From: Tubiluchus corallicola
Taxonomy: Eukaryota > Animalia > Priapulida
DNA: 64,000 bases
Direction of reading: 5' to 3'
Assembly (NCBI GenBank): GCA_030141605.1
Contig: JAQGDQ010000581.1
Location: forward strand, 62,001 to 126,000
The translations under genes were made by a program, and so were the position numbers. A model generated the notes under the pieces. That model was not told where the DNA came from and did no database searches. It saw nothing but the letters and a program-made list of their open reading frames with translations. Shown here one piece after another: positions 47,840 through 61,667 of this stretch. Each line of letters begins with the position of its first letter. Within the stretch, counting starts at the first letter, position 1.

Positions 47840-49625
47840 ATATATTGCAAGACTTTATGCCGGAAAGGCATGTGCTCAGCACAAGAATATGTAAATTCTG
47901 ACTTAATGAAAAAAGAAAGGGTAAGACCCTTAAAAAGAGAAGATGGTAGTATTGTCACTACTGATCAAGAACAGGGTAATGAATCACAGAATTTTTTCAC
48001 ATCTGTCTATACAAACGAAGATACAAGCCAAATTTCTCAACTACTACCAGTAACTAGATGTGCGTAGCATCAGTTAATTTTTTTAGAAGTTAGTACAAAA
48101 ATTACAAAGTTGAGGGCCGACAAATCTATGGGGCCTGATGGAATTCATGCAAGTATAATTAAGAACAACGAAGATGTCCTTATAAGACCAATGCTACAGA
48201 TAATGAACCAAACTTTATCCAGTGGTATATTACCACCGAGTCGGAAAATGGCCAGAATTTCTGCTATCCATTAAAAAGTTGAAAGCGAATTAGCAAAAAA
48301 TTACAGACCTATCAGTCTGACATCAGTTGTTTGTAAATTGCTAGAAGGAATATTAAGGGATGAAATCTACAACTTCATTACTAAACATAATCTCATTTGT
48401 GATAGTCAACACGGCTTCAGAACTGGCAGATCTTGTACTACCAATTTATTAGTTTCTCTTGAAGAATGGATGGATTTACTTGAGAACAAAGGCGAAGTTG
48501 ATGTTATCTATTATGACTTTTTAAAAGCATTTGATTGAGTATCCCATCTGAGACTTCTTCAAAAGCTTGAAGCATACGGAATTTGTGGTCACCTGCTAAC
48601 ATGGATTAATATTTTTCTCTGTGGGAGAAGGCAATGTGCAGTAGTTAATGGGCAAGAATCAGAATGGTCAAATGTGACCAGTGGAATACCACAAGGAAGT
48701 GTGCTTAGACCTATTTTATTCTAAGGAATTTAACACCGAAAAATGTAAGCTACTGACTGTTGGAAGGCATGGTACTGCAGATCGTACATATAAATGGCAC
48801 ATGGACAAGGTTCTAAAGAAATAATAAGCGTCACAGAAGAAAATGATCTGGGTATCACCATCGGCAGTATGCTTAATGTTCAAACACATATAAACAACGT
48901 TGTCAATAAAGCACATAGAAGTCTGACATTGATCAAACTTAGTTTCACTTACCTTGACGGATCTATGGTGACAAAGCTATATAAAACAATGGTTCGTCCT
49001 ATTTTGGATTATGGTGATGTGACTTGGAGCCCAAATCGTCAAGACATGATAAGGAAAATTGAAAGTATACAACGTCGAGCTACTAGACTTGTACCTGACA
49101 TTTCTCATTTACCATATGTTGCAAGACTTAGGATTCTGAGCCTTACAACTCTAAAGTACAGATGCAAAAGACAAGATTTAATCCAAACGTTTCGTATTCT
49201 TAAAGGTATAGAACCGATTAACAGTGAAATATTTTTCCATCGACAGACATATCATGGTACCAGAGGTCACTCCTACAAAATCTAGAAGAGAACAGTTCCC
49301 CAAAGGTGGAGTAGAAGAAGATTCACATTTGCAAGGCGAGTAATTAATGAGTGGAAAACGTTGCCTGGCCATGTACTTCAACTTCAAGCCTCCAATCCTG
49401 CCCAGTTTAAGTCTCGTCTCGATAGATATTGAAAAAAACAATGCTGAAAAATATATAGACCCCAGGTTGCCATAATGACAACAAGAAACTGCGCTACGCT
49501 TCATGATCGCAGTGTGGCCACCTATTATGTTCATTTTTTTTATATAGATAAAGTAAACAAGGAAGAGTGGAGCAGTCCATAAGCTATTTATGCTTAACCT
49601 CTATCCTTCAACGGTAACGGCAAGA
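47840..49625 (+). mobile_element. Decayed, 5'-truncated CR1-clade LINE (RT pseudogene)
   Basis: Motifs GPDGIH, NYRPISLTSVVCK, SQHGFRTGRSCTTNL, DVIYYDFLKAFD, VTSGIPQGSVL, YKTMVRPILDY and IESIQRRATRLVP. Several stops; the YADD segment is deleted near 48720. Confidence 0.92.
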
Positions 49626-49912
49626 TAAGGGCGCGTCATATGCACGTAGTACTAAACTGTCCGCAGCATTTAACACAGTTACTGCGGACTGACTGAGTTA
49701 GTTATACATTTAGCAAATTTACAAATAATCACGTTTGACTGCCAGATTTTACCATTTATCGAATTTACAATATGGGCTACCTTCTACGTAACACCGAACA
49801 CGTCGTGTGTTTAAAGTGTTAAAGAAGAATACGTTTCTTTATTACGTATTTCGTTTTTGCGATTAGCGGCTACGCTGGCGGCATCAAACGGCGGATGATT
49901 AAACAATTTTGA

Positions 49913-51395
49913 GCGGCGCATTCACTGTAATAATAATATTCTTAAATTCACCAATAATTTTGGCATACACACAATTTCGATAAGCCAAAATCACTTTTGC
50001 GTTTTTAATAAACGACGAATATCTCAATTAAAAGCAATTATTGGTTTAAAAAAACTGAAAATATTTCATGAAAAGGAAAAAAATTGTAGCAATAAGTTTG
50101 AATTATGTGGTTGCAAATACTTCTTCAGTTTTCTTGTAAGTAAAATTCTATTGTTCTTTGTGAGGAAAGACGCTAGCTGACTGCGTGATGGGCTGCCTAC
50201 TATGTAAAAAAGTAATGCATTTTTTACTGATTTATTGATTTTTCTCTCCCTCCCCCTCTTAGAGAGGAAGAGAAGAAGGAAGAAAAAAAGGAAAGAGAGA
50301 GGGGGTGGAAGAGTGAGAGACAGTGAAAGGGAAGGAGTGAGAGAAAAAGAGAGAGAGAGAAAGACAGAGAGAGGTAACGTGGGAGAGAGAGACAGAGACA
50401 GAGAAAGAGAGATCATTCTTTTCCTTTTGTTGAAGGTTCTGCCATTCGTGTCTTGGCGTTTTACTCCAACGCGAAGTAGCGATTTTGGCACATTAAAAAT
50501 TGCACCCATTTACCTGCCTTGAAATTAATCTATATAATTTCACATATATTATATTGTAGATTTGTATATAAATAATTCGCACACGCATGCCTGCACACAA
50601 CAAGTAATTGCATATGATACTTCATATATAAATAATCAATACAGCAGTAGAGATGAGTAGGACTGAACTGCCACCCTAGGGCGTCGTAACGTCTTGATAC
50701 ACCCACGCACACACACTCAGATACATATATGATGTATGCATTATTAGATACAAAGATTTTATGAAGGTGAGCCTATATATTTAACTACATAAAATGATTG
50801 TCCTTGGCACCTAGGCCTGTATAAAATCAATTAATTTAAGCCCATCAATGAATAATATTTATGAAGACTTGTCAGTGGATTTAGCCACAGATGTTTTATT
50901 TGTACGCTTATACAAGTAGACTTTTTCGCGTAAACAAACTGTATTTAATGCACATTTATTATGACATAAGCCTAACTGAATCTTTAAAAAATAGGCTAAA
51001 TATAAGTGACGTCTACACATGACATATAAGATGTTATGATCCACGGCGCATTGACTGTAATAATAATATTCTTAAATTCACCAATAATGTTGGCATACGC
51101 GCAATTTCGATAAGCCAAAATCACTTTTGCGTTTTTAATAAAAGAAGGACATCTCTATTAAAAGTAATTATTAGTTTAAAAAACTGGAAATATTTCATGA
51201 AAAGGAAACAAATTTTAGCAATAAGTTTGTATTATGTGGTTGCAAATACTTTTTCAGTTTTCTTGTAAGTAAAATTTTATTGTTCTTCCTGAGGAAAGAG
51301 GCTAGCTGACTGCGTGATGGGCTGCCTACTATGTAAAAAAGTAAAGCATTTTTTTTATCTCCCACCCTCTCTTAGAGAGAAAGAGAAGAAGGGAG
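49913..51395. repeat. Direct duplication of ~350-380 bp (49913-~50290 and 51044-~51395)
   Basis: Both start CGGCGCATT(C/G)ACTGTAATAATAATATTC and run into a GA-rich tract. Confidence 0.88.
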
Positions 51396-51397
51396 AG

Positions 51398-52040
51398 ATT
51401 TTGATTTGATTTAACTCTTTATTTCGAACTAGGTTCATAGAATACATAACATACAATAGTTACAAGACATACAATAATTATAACCCCTCCTCTCAACTCA
51501 TACAAATTAATACATAAATGAATAAAATAACAGAACTGAAATCCCCGACACAACAAACATAGCTAGCTCTGTAGTTTCAATAATAGAGATGAGAGTGCCT
51601 AGACAATGCCTAAATTCATCAAAATTATTATCAGATTCATAGGGTATGTAAACATTAATTAATACAAGTAGCACTAACTTATCAAGAAATGAAAGAGAAA
51701 TACCCATTACTCTGCATTCGTCATCATAGGTAAGTATTTTACTGGTAACAGGAAGAGTTTTTCGCCATAATATAGCCAAGCCTCCTTGTGGTCTACCATC
51801 AGGTATTCCTGTAGAGAAACTCCATGGCCATAGAATTCTGGGTGAATGCAAGATAGATGTTCTAGCTCTTCTTTAGGCAAGATCGTTTCTTGCAAAAGTA
51901 GCACATCACTAAATTTGCACAGTTCCTGTAGTACGTATTGAGACTCAGGGTGCAACACAGAATTGCAGTTATAGCACGCTACCTTCAGAGTCTGTATTTG
52001 TGATTTGAATTTTCTTATCAAGATCTTATTGGAAATCAAC
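51398..52040 (-). mobile_element. Internally deleted LINE: AP-endonuclease remnant joined to a 3' tail (RTE-X-like)
   Basis: YNCNS..DVLLLQET..GRPQGGLAILWRK..LINVYIPY across two frames, followed within ~150 bp by AAATAAAGAGTTAAATCAAATCAAA. A similar tail occurs at ~7640-7670. Confidence 0.8.
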
Positions 52041-52685
52041 CGTTTAGTCTTTGTTCATCCACTACGACAGTGGATAACTCCACAACGACGGAAGTGAGAG
52101 TCATGGTGGTGATAAAAAACCTGTAATGTGGGCATAGGAGTGGTGACCGCTGGATCAAAGGTCACAGCAGCAGGATCCAAAATATGAGAGTTAGGGTGAA
52201 TGTCATTCAACTCCTCCTACAGTACTGGACTAAAAGTGAAAATTCCTAGGACTCTGAGTTAAATTCCAAATTTTTCCAGAGGTATTTAGGTGGGGTAGGT
52301 CTAAATTAGGTATTTTTCGGAAATTGAATGCTAGGAAAGTTCGGAGTTGGGAGCCAAAATGTGAAAATTAGGGCAAACGCATTTGTCACCCACTTTGAAT
52401 GCTTAAGCATGTGTGGGCAAGTTGGTGGATGTAAATGTGCAATAAGGATTTTTCCGAGAGTGGGCGTAGCCAGGTCACGTGACATTGGTGAAAATATTAA
52501 AATCGGAGTCTGCTCGATAACTGAATAAGTGTAACAGCTAGAATAAAAAAAACTTGCAGGGTAGACACCTAACCTAGGTAGACACAGAGCGGTATGAGAG
52601 CGGTGAGCTCTGGGTTAAAGATCACAGCAGCAGGACAAAAAATGTAAGAATTAGGGCGAATGACTTGTCCTTCAAGTCCAATTCC

Positions 52686-53993
52686 AGTATCGGACTAATA
52701 TTCACTGTTTATGCATGTATATGCAACAGGGCAGGACTAGCTGTATATTACGTATTTTTCAAAAAGTGGGCATGAGCTGGTCTCGCAACATAAGCGAAAG
52801 CTTAAAATGGGATTGCTGTAAAATGGATTTCCTAGGTAACCAAGCACGGATAATTCAGCAATTGCAAAATTATGATCTTAAGACGAAGACCAGGTCAGCA
52901 AAAGTTTTTCACAGTTGCAATTTTGGTCATAATGCAGAATCTTAAGTTTATGACTTTGTGATAAAAACGGTCAAGTTTGACATTGTTATACATGTATGTG
53001 CAAAAGTGATTTTATTTAAAAGTGATTATACGTTATTTGCTTAATTACATGTTCCATTTAATTTATGGAAGCGTTTTTTGTTTCAGCAATCTGGTGGATG
53101 TGTGACCAAATGTACATATATGTAAATAAATGTGTCTAACAATGTTATAACTTCACGAGTGTTTGTTCGCATATTGCCCTTACAGGCATTTATATAAACG
53201 AGATACTTTATGATGGTAACTGTTTGTGGTGTGTAAGGCGACTGACTTATTTGAGCTTTACGGGCTTTTAAAGTGCTTAAAGCTGTACGGGGGAACGTGT
53301 TACTAAATCAAGATCATTTTGACCGATAGACGCAGCCATTTTGGCGATAATCCATTTGAAACAAGTTTAGATAACACTGAGTAAAGTTTGAAAAAATAAT
53401 CAGAGAATTTATAGTGCATACATCACTCTTGTCAGTAGGATTAAAAACACGTGGAGGGTGAGTCAGCAACATTTTACCAATTGGTGAAAGCATGTTAAAT
53501 AATCAACAATTTTCTTTTCTAGTTACATAAGTCTTTCAAGCAGGTAAGCAAAATGGTAAGTAACATTCTAACATAACCGTGCATGTGAAAAATTTTGGGA
53601 CATAGTTTCACATGTACTGCAACGTCATGTAATGGCGCCGTCGGAACACTGTCACGGGAAACTTAAAATGAAAACAAACAAAAAATCCTTTTGACGTGAG
53701 TACGATTTGCTCATATAATTGCTCCTGCAAACACATTTAACAGATGACAACCATTCTTAGATTTTTGAAGGTTGATTGAAAGGTCGTTAGCATAAATTGT
53801 GAGCAGTTTTACAGACAGCACGCTACCCTGACTTATACCATTAGTTGCGGCAAATTTACATATTTTACAAGCGTTCCATAATATATATCTATATGTATTA
53901 TGTATATATGTATGCATATCTACAACACTTATAGCATATGGTATCTATAACATATATAACATGATTTACAACCGTTCAAATATATATACATAT
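52686..53993 (+). repeat. Duplicated block copy B (interrupted by the Gypsy element; resumes 62999-63057)
   Basis: Reverse complement of ~12685-14008. Includes a LINE RT scrap on the minus strand (NGISQGSVLS..IYANDL, 53711-53850). Confidence 0.92.
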
Positions 53994-54374
53994 TGTAGCG
54001 GGTCGCAGGATCAAACCGTCACGGGCTTCGTGAAAATGCAGTGTATTGACTGTAAAATTGCCTGGGCCAATCAGAGCTCAGTTTTCTACGCCAATTTTCT
54101 CGAGCGTGTAACCTGTTCTCGTAGATTCGAGGGCAGTGCGTTCTCGGCCATGTTCGGCTTCGGTTCCATTTTGTTTTTTCTCTTCTTGTTTGCTGTTATT
54201 AAGTCAGTCGTGATTCAGTAATTTTTGGTTCAATCTATTGGTTTGCATTTCGACTCAACGCGTGTCAGCTATAAACTGTTGCTAAGTGTTTCATTTTACC
54301 GATTTTCTTTCTTTTCTTTTTTTATAATTTTCTTTAGTTAACTATGTATCCTCGCTATCATAGACGGCATCACA
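53994..54374 (+). repeat. 5' LTR (381 bp)
   Basis: TGTAGCGGGTCG...GGCATCACA; direct repeat of 62614-62998. Confidence 0.96.
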
Positions 54375-54375
54375 C

Positions 54376-54394
54376 TGGTGTCAGAAGTGGGATT
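54376..54394 (+). other. Primer-binding site complementary to the tRNA-Leu 3' end
   Basis: TGGTGTCAGAAGTGGGATT is complementary to AATCCCACTTCTGACACCA, the 3' end of metazoan tRNA-Leu, and starts 1 nt after the LTR. Confidence 0.88.
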
Positions 54395-54399
54395 TCTCC

Positions 54400-55500
54400 G
54401 ACTTTTGCTGAGAAAGTGCTCACTCCTGATGTAAAGGTTGATAGAAGGCGGTTTGTTGATGGGGAGCCAACAGAACTTGCTAGTTCTGCGCGTTTCCCTT
54501 GCACACCGGTTTCGTCAATGCCGTTGAATTTTGAACGCATTTGCGAGGAGCAGTTAGCTCAACTTGTAAATACATATTCAGTTGCTGATTTAGAATTTGA
54601 TAGAGCAAAGAGCAATATTTATTCCGGTATATTGGCTCAGTCAGAAGATATTGAGTTTTTTGGAAATAATAGTGATGATTAATTCTCAATGGGCAAAAAG
54701 CCAAAATGCACTTGTATTCCTGTGAATTCATCCTTGTATACTGGTGGTGCTCAGTGCGATGTAAATCGTGATGTGTCACGTTCTCATTTTGTCCAATCTG
54801 GTGATGTAGATGTCGGTCCTACCACATCTTTCTCCACTGTTGTGTCTAGTGTTAGTAATTGTCTGACAGACACTACTTTTTCAGGACACTCGACGCGACC
54901 AAAAGTAAATTTAGGCGCACGCGTGTTACCGAGTACCCAAAACTTAGACAGTGATTTGGCAGGAGAAGTTCGTTCATTTAAACAAGAACTTGCGTCGCTG
55001 AGTAGCCAATTCGCAGATTTAGGTAGTATCGTAGCTACCTTACAACAATTAGTTCTCAAGTTTATGGATAGACTGCTAGATGCGGATTTAGCAATTCACG
55101 TACAGCAAAGCGCACCCGAAAATTCGATCGTCAGCTAAAGAAAGGACTCCATCTGCTAATCAATTTCAAAAAAAAGGTGCAGCAAAAGTACAGCCGTCAA
55201 CTACAAGTGTTGAACCTGTGATACAGCCATCACGTACATTAGGTGCTGCCCGGTCTGCCTTGTCGAGCAGAGCAACAGCCCCTGCAGGGAGTGGTGCTCA
55301 TGTCACATGTTTCAGGTGTGGCGGCTGGGGACATTTTGCTAGACAATGCCCGACGCCTCCCGCCTTCAGTAATGTTGTTCAAACCCGTCCGAATCGGGCA
55401 ATATTGGGCCCTAGGTCCAACCAGCAGCGCCAATTTCCCCGTACACTGGTTATAGGAATTCTTGGCGACAATTTCCACCACCTCCAAGAATAATAAACCC
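54400..55500 (+). pseudogene. gag: Fragmented gag-like region with zinc knuckle
   Basis: Broken ORFs 54344-54682, 54689-55138 and 55218-55493; CFRCGGWGHFARQC at 55308-55349. Confidence 0.75.
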
Positions 55501-55674
55501 CTACACGAATATTGATCAGTTTTGGCAACCAAGCTTAATGGCTTCTCCTAGACAACCATTTTCTGGGCAAAATTTACAAACAGGCGTTCAAATCCCGAGA
55601 ATGGAAGCGGCTAAAACAGATATGGATATGGCGCAAATTTTGCAAAATGATAATTCAAGTAAAGTCAGTTCTCA

Positions 55675-58600
55675 ATGTGCTCTATCACGTTTTCGGTAGC
55701 GGGTAGCAGGAAACGGAGACAGCTTTCTGCCCGCGCATCGCCTACCGTCTCCGTAGGCGTTAACGCACCGACCGCACAGGCGCAAACCGCATTTTCCGCA
55801 CAATCGCGAAAAACTCAAACAAAAATAACCTGTCTGCATAGAAAGAAAAGGCGATCGTTTAGGCGTAAACAAGCTCGTATACCAGCTAAAGTTCGAGATA
55901 GAAATGCGTATAAACAGCCTGCTTTAGGGTTGTACATACCAGGTGTAATAAATGGTTGTGAATGCCGAATACTGATTGACTCGGGTGCGACAATTACTAT
56001 TGTTAAAAAGAGCTTCATTTCATTAAGTGTAGACAAGGAAATTTCGCTTAATAAAGAAAAAGCATTTGGAGCAAACGGCTCAGAAATTTCTTTAATTGGC
56101 CCTCACAAAATCTCGTTGCAACTTGGAGATAAAAACAGCCATCAGACAGGTACTGTACCGGCTTGGCTGTCTGATGACCTAGTGGACGATGATTGTGTCC
56201 TTGGTCTAGATTGGTTAAGGGCGCATCATGTTAGCCAAGATACTGCTAAAAACGACCTAGTTTTTTCCTGACGGTCACCGTTTAAAAATTTTTCCACTGG
56301 CTGATGGAAACACTAAAATTTTAAATGCGAAACGAGTAGTTTTACCCCCTCTTTCAGAAACCGTAGTCGAAGGTACACCTTTTGTTCCATTACCGTATAC
56401 TACCGGCATGATTTCACGAGTGCATGCTAAACTTAATTTACGAAATGGCATTCTCACTGGCAAAGTTACGGTTTCTCCTGGCTCAAAAACGGTAAAAACT
56501 CTTTTGGCTAATATCTCTAATAAAGAAGTTACTTTACGCCCTGGTGAATTAATAGAACCTCTTTCTGTTCCGGTTTTACGTGAAACTAGTTCAAAAGACT
56601 TTCGTACTGCACTCAGGCAAGTAAAACAAAACCAGTTGTCGGCACCTGTTCAACTTTTGTTGAAAAATAGTGGGAAACATTTATCGAATAAGCAAAACAA
56701 ACGACTACATGAATTTTTATTGCTGAACAATCATCTCTTTTCTAGTTCACCTGCAAATTTGGGTAGAACTAAGGTAGTACAACACACCACAAACACTGGT
56801 ATGCACCCCCCTATTAAAGCACAACCGCGGCGCTTGGGACCTAAACAACGCGAGGAGCTTGATAAAGCTATGGATGAAATGCGCACGCAAGGCGTGATTG
56901 AACCTTCCAATTCTCCTTGGTCCTCTGCTGTGGTATTAGTACGCAAAAAAGACGGATCGACACGTTGTTGTGTAGATTATAGGGCGTTAAACGCAGTGAC
57001 AATACGCGACAACTACCCATTACCCAGAATTGATGACTCTATTGACGCATTATCTGGAGCTGAATGGTTTTCGACACTTGATTTAAAATCAGGGTATCAT
57101 CAAGTGGAAATGGCTCCAGAAGACAAGCATAAAACAGCTTTTGTAACTCATCAAGGACTGTGGCAATTTAATTCAATGCCCTTTGGTTTAACGAATGCCC
57201 CAGCAACGTTTGAACGTCTGATGGAGCAAATATTAGCGGGATTACATTGGCGAACAGTCCTAATTTATTTGGATGACGTCATAGTGTATGGAAGAACGTT
57301 TGACGAACATCTTAAACGGTTACAAGAAGTATTTTCTCGTTTCGAACATGCTGGGCTAAAACTTAATGCAAAAAAGTGCTTACTGACACAAAAAGAAGTT
57401 GTTTATTTAGGGCACATAGTTAGCAGCGACGGTGTGAAAACGGACCCTACAAAAACGGACTCAATCAAGAAATGGCCCCAACCTAGAAATATAGAAGCTT
57501 TCTTGGCCTCTGTACGTATTATAGACGTTTCATTAAAAATTTCTCAGATATGGCCTCTCCTTTACACGAACTCACACGTAAAAATCAGCCGTATTTATGG
57601 TGCCCAAAACATCAAAATGCGTTAATAAACACGCCTGTTTTAGCGTACCCGCAGTTTGAACAAGACTTTATACTAGACACAGACGCTAGCGACCATGCCG
57701 TTGGTGCAATACTTTCACAAGTGCAAGATGGACATGAACGAGTATTAGGATACTACAGTCAGGTCCTTTCCCTTCCTGAACGTAATTATTGTGCAACGCG
57801 TAAAGAACTACTAGCTGTTTATTAAGCTGTTAATCATTTTCATCATTATTTATACGGTAAACGGTTTACAATACGCACGGATCACGCAGCACTACGATGG
57901 CTTCGTTCGCTTAAGCGACCCGAAGGTCAGTTAGCTCGTTGGATCAGTAAATTAGATCAGTACGACTATATTATTGTACACCGTAGTGGTACTAGTCATT
58001 GTAACGCAGACGCATTATCGCGAAGACCATGCTTAGTCAGTTGTTCGCATTGTCAACCCAGAGAAAAACGTTTCAACTATGAACCTTCTGAACTTAACCT
58101 TGGAATTTCCACTGTGCCCCATAGCGATGATGATAGTGATTTAGCTAGAATAAAAGCTAGACAATTTTTCGGCAAACAGGGAGACGGTAATCCAAATAAT
58201 GAGAGCAATGAATCTCATAAAAAACAATCTGAGCAAATGGAGCACATGATACCTAAAACGCCTAATTTCTACCCTATTATGAACCTTTCTAGTGGAAAAG
58301 AATTCGAATCAAATAATGCACTGAAAAAGAAAACTAGTAAGTGCAATGCTGCATTGACTTATCCAACCACAGTAAGAGATTTCAATCATAGTTTCAAAGA
58401 GCAGCAAAAGCGCGATGCTGATATACGTCCGGTATGCGAATTCTTAGAACAATCGGCTATTAAACCGTCATGGGAGAAAATTTCGCATTGTAGCCCCAAT
58501 ACAAAAGAAATTTTAAATCACTGGAACGCCTTACGATTTGAAAACGGAATTTTACAACGCAAATGGGAAAACCCTAGCGGAAATATGATCATATGGCAGT

Positions 58601-60837
58601 GGATAGCTCCGCGCACTTTACGCAAACAGATTTTGAAAGATATACATGAAAATCCGACCGCTGGTCATTACGGTATAAATAAGGCAATAGAACGCGCTCG
58701 ATACCGCTACTTTTGGCCACGTATGAATAGAGATGTAGAACTTTTTGTACGATCATGCGAAGTTTGCTGTCGTAAGAAAGGACCGCAACGTAAACCGCGG
58801 GCGCCCTTACAACAATATCGTGTAGGAGCACCTATGGAAAGGGTGGCCATTGATGTAGCTGGGCCGTTTCCGTTGTCTTCGCGTAAAAACAAATTCGTTT
58901 TGGTTGCGATGGACTATTTTTCTAAATGGCCAGAGGCTTACGCAATCCCAAACCAAGAAGCTGAAACAGTAGCTTCAGTATTAGTTAAATAATTTTTCTG
59001 TCGGTATGGAATGCCTTTAGAAATTCATTCTGATCAGGGCCGCAATTTCGAAAGCAAAATTTTCAAACAATGCTGCGAACTCATGGGCATTGAAAAAACG
59101 CGTACTACTGCTTTGAATCCAAAAAGTGACGGACTTGCAGAACGATACATTAAGACTTTGACGCTACAAATTGCACAATTCACTTCTGACAATCAAAAAG
59201 ACTGGGACAGTAAATTACCCTTGCTGTTAATGTCCTACCGTAGTGCTGTACATGAGACTACCAGTTTCACTCCTGCCCAAGTGATGTATGGACGTGAGTT
59301 ACGACTCCCGCATGATTTAATAACTGGAAAACCCCCTACTAACATTACGTGTACTAACTATGTAGAATTCATAGAAAAATTAGAACAGCATTTGTAAGAT
59401 GTACATCAATTCGTACGCAATAATTTGCGTTTCTCTGGTGAAGTAATGCGTAAGAGGTATGATGTTCGCTCTCGTCTTGTTCTCTATTCTCCTGGTGATA
59501 AAGTCTGGCTCTTCAATCCTCAAAGGAAAGTCGGCAAAAGCCCCAAACTGCAGTCCGATTGGCACGGTCCCTATGTAATATTAGATAAATTATCCGATGT
59601 AACCTATAGAATTAAGCTGCCTAATAGAAAGCAACAACCAAAAATTATACATTCTGATCGATTATGGAAGTATGTTCCAGCAGAAGGTTTTACTTGGAGT
59701 GGAGATAGCTCGGAAGAACTACAAACAACCCATGGTACGCATGATGTGTCTTGTGATGCTAATACTAGTGTTGACGTCCAACCACAACGATACGAACTTT
59801 CCGATTCTAATAGCTCGAGTAATGTTGATCCTGATGTGGAAGAGCGCAGAAGTTTACAATTTGAACCATCCGTGGAACAACTACCATTACCAATAGGTGA
59901 TGCGCCAGGAGAGGACATAGACTCTTTTGGTTTGCCACCTCCACCTTATACATTGCCACACGGAAATGACACTCGAGTTCCTGAGACTCAGTTACATGCT
60001 GAAGAAACAGAAGATGACCTTGGAATTTCATCGAGTTTTCATGACAGCTTGCCAATTGGCCCTATGCTTTACTCTCCTACATTAAGTCCTATCCATGAAG
60101 AAGAGTCATATCCCAGTGAAACTCACCCCAGGGGTCGTGGAAAACTAAAAGACCTGCCAACGCCTATCCCTATAGGACGATTTCCTTTGACATCAACACC
60201 CACACGAAACGAATTTCCTGGGACACAGACGTTAGAATTACTTGAAACGGCATCCCTCGCTGCTGACAGCAATAAAACAAGAGACTTATCGACACGTGAT
60301 CTTATCCTTGATTGGCAACCTGAATTAACCCTTGAATTACCAAAGCCTTTAACTCCTGAAAAGACTGGTGAAAATTCATTGCTTCACCAAGAGGCCAATG
60401 ACGTCACTAGCGCTGAAGGTGAACTCAATTCACAACCTGGTGGCCAGGCTTCAGTTAATAACGAACAAGAAATAATTGATTTTCTTCACACTCCTAATGT
60501 CCCATGTCCTGTCACTATAGAAGACTGGAAAGAAAATTTTGACAAGCAGCGTGTGACAAATGCTAACAATTCATCAACCAGTAACCTCCCAATGCAACAA
60601 CCTTACTGTCCTGACTCACATGAACCTTCTCACTTACCGCTTTTGGTTAGTACAGCTTCTGAAGTTCCTTGCCAGGGTATACCGTCACCATTACCGTCGT
60701 TGCAATACCCTAGACGCACACGCAAAGTACCTGAGTACTATGGTGGATATGTGTATGAAAACCCTACAAGTCAAAGACTGATAAATGTAGTCCACAATTA
60801 TGACGATTTACCTCGGTTTACCATGAGAGATCTATAA
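55675..60837 (+). pseudogene. pol: Gypsy pol (protease, RT, RNase H, integrase, long C-terminal tail), disrupted
   Basis: LIDSGA; YPLPRID, MPFGL, YLDD (57266-57277); LDTDAS, ELLAV, TDH; H..GHYG..CEVC, IDVAGP, SDQGRNF, AERYIKTL, WHGPY. Stops at 56271, 57825, 58992 and 59397, and a frameshift near 57490. Confidence 0.95.
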
Positions 60838-61667
60838 ACTCTGTGTCGTTGCTGTAGACATGATGCTTAAAACAAGGAGTAAAACCCGCGAGTATCTTAT
60901 TACCAAGCTACAAACCAGAGAATAAGAGATGAAGTAATGTGAATGAAAACTTTGCAAAAGTAACCTATCTTATCAGGAATTATTGCACAATGAATGTTCT
61001 TGAATAATTGAATATCGTTTCTAATTATGACCTGTTGTTGAGCCTAGCATTCATCAATTTAGTTGATTAATGGCGGGACAAAACAATTGAATTCTGATGT
61101 TTATGTTCATAATAGAAATTATTTGTACAATTAGACCGTCGTATAATTATTCCGTGTTCTTGTCATAAAACTCGTGTGATTCAGTAAAACTCTCGGTTGG
61201 TCCTATTAACCTTACTAAAACAAATTAATAATGCACATACACACCGTCGATTTCATGGTTGTTTTAGTTGTCAGCTTTGTTAATCTCGTTAGCTGGTTGG
61301 TTAGTGTATCTCGTTAATTGCGTAGCAATTTATAATTTGCTAATTTGGGTCTTCATTATTCTTGCCCAATTCTTGGCCTTTTACTTGCCAATACTTGGTT
61401 GATCAATACTGAATTTTGTCTCTTGTCTTCTCTTGAGAACGCACATAACCGCCCCAGCTCGTGTCACGCTTTAAATCATTTAAAGTCCGACTTTTCCTTG
61501 TTAGTGATTTCAGCTGTCGAAATACATTGTTATTGTTATTGAAATTGTAAAATGAAATTGTAAATTACTAGTTCTAAAATGTACAAAAGCAGAAACATTG
61601 ATGAAGAATTGCTACTGATATTGAAATTGTTACATCAATAATACGCCTGTAATGTTCTTGTAAAATA

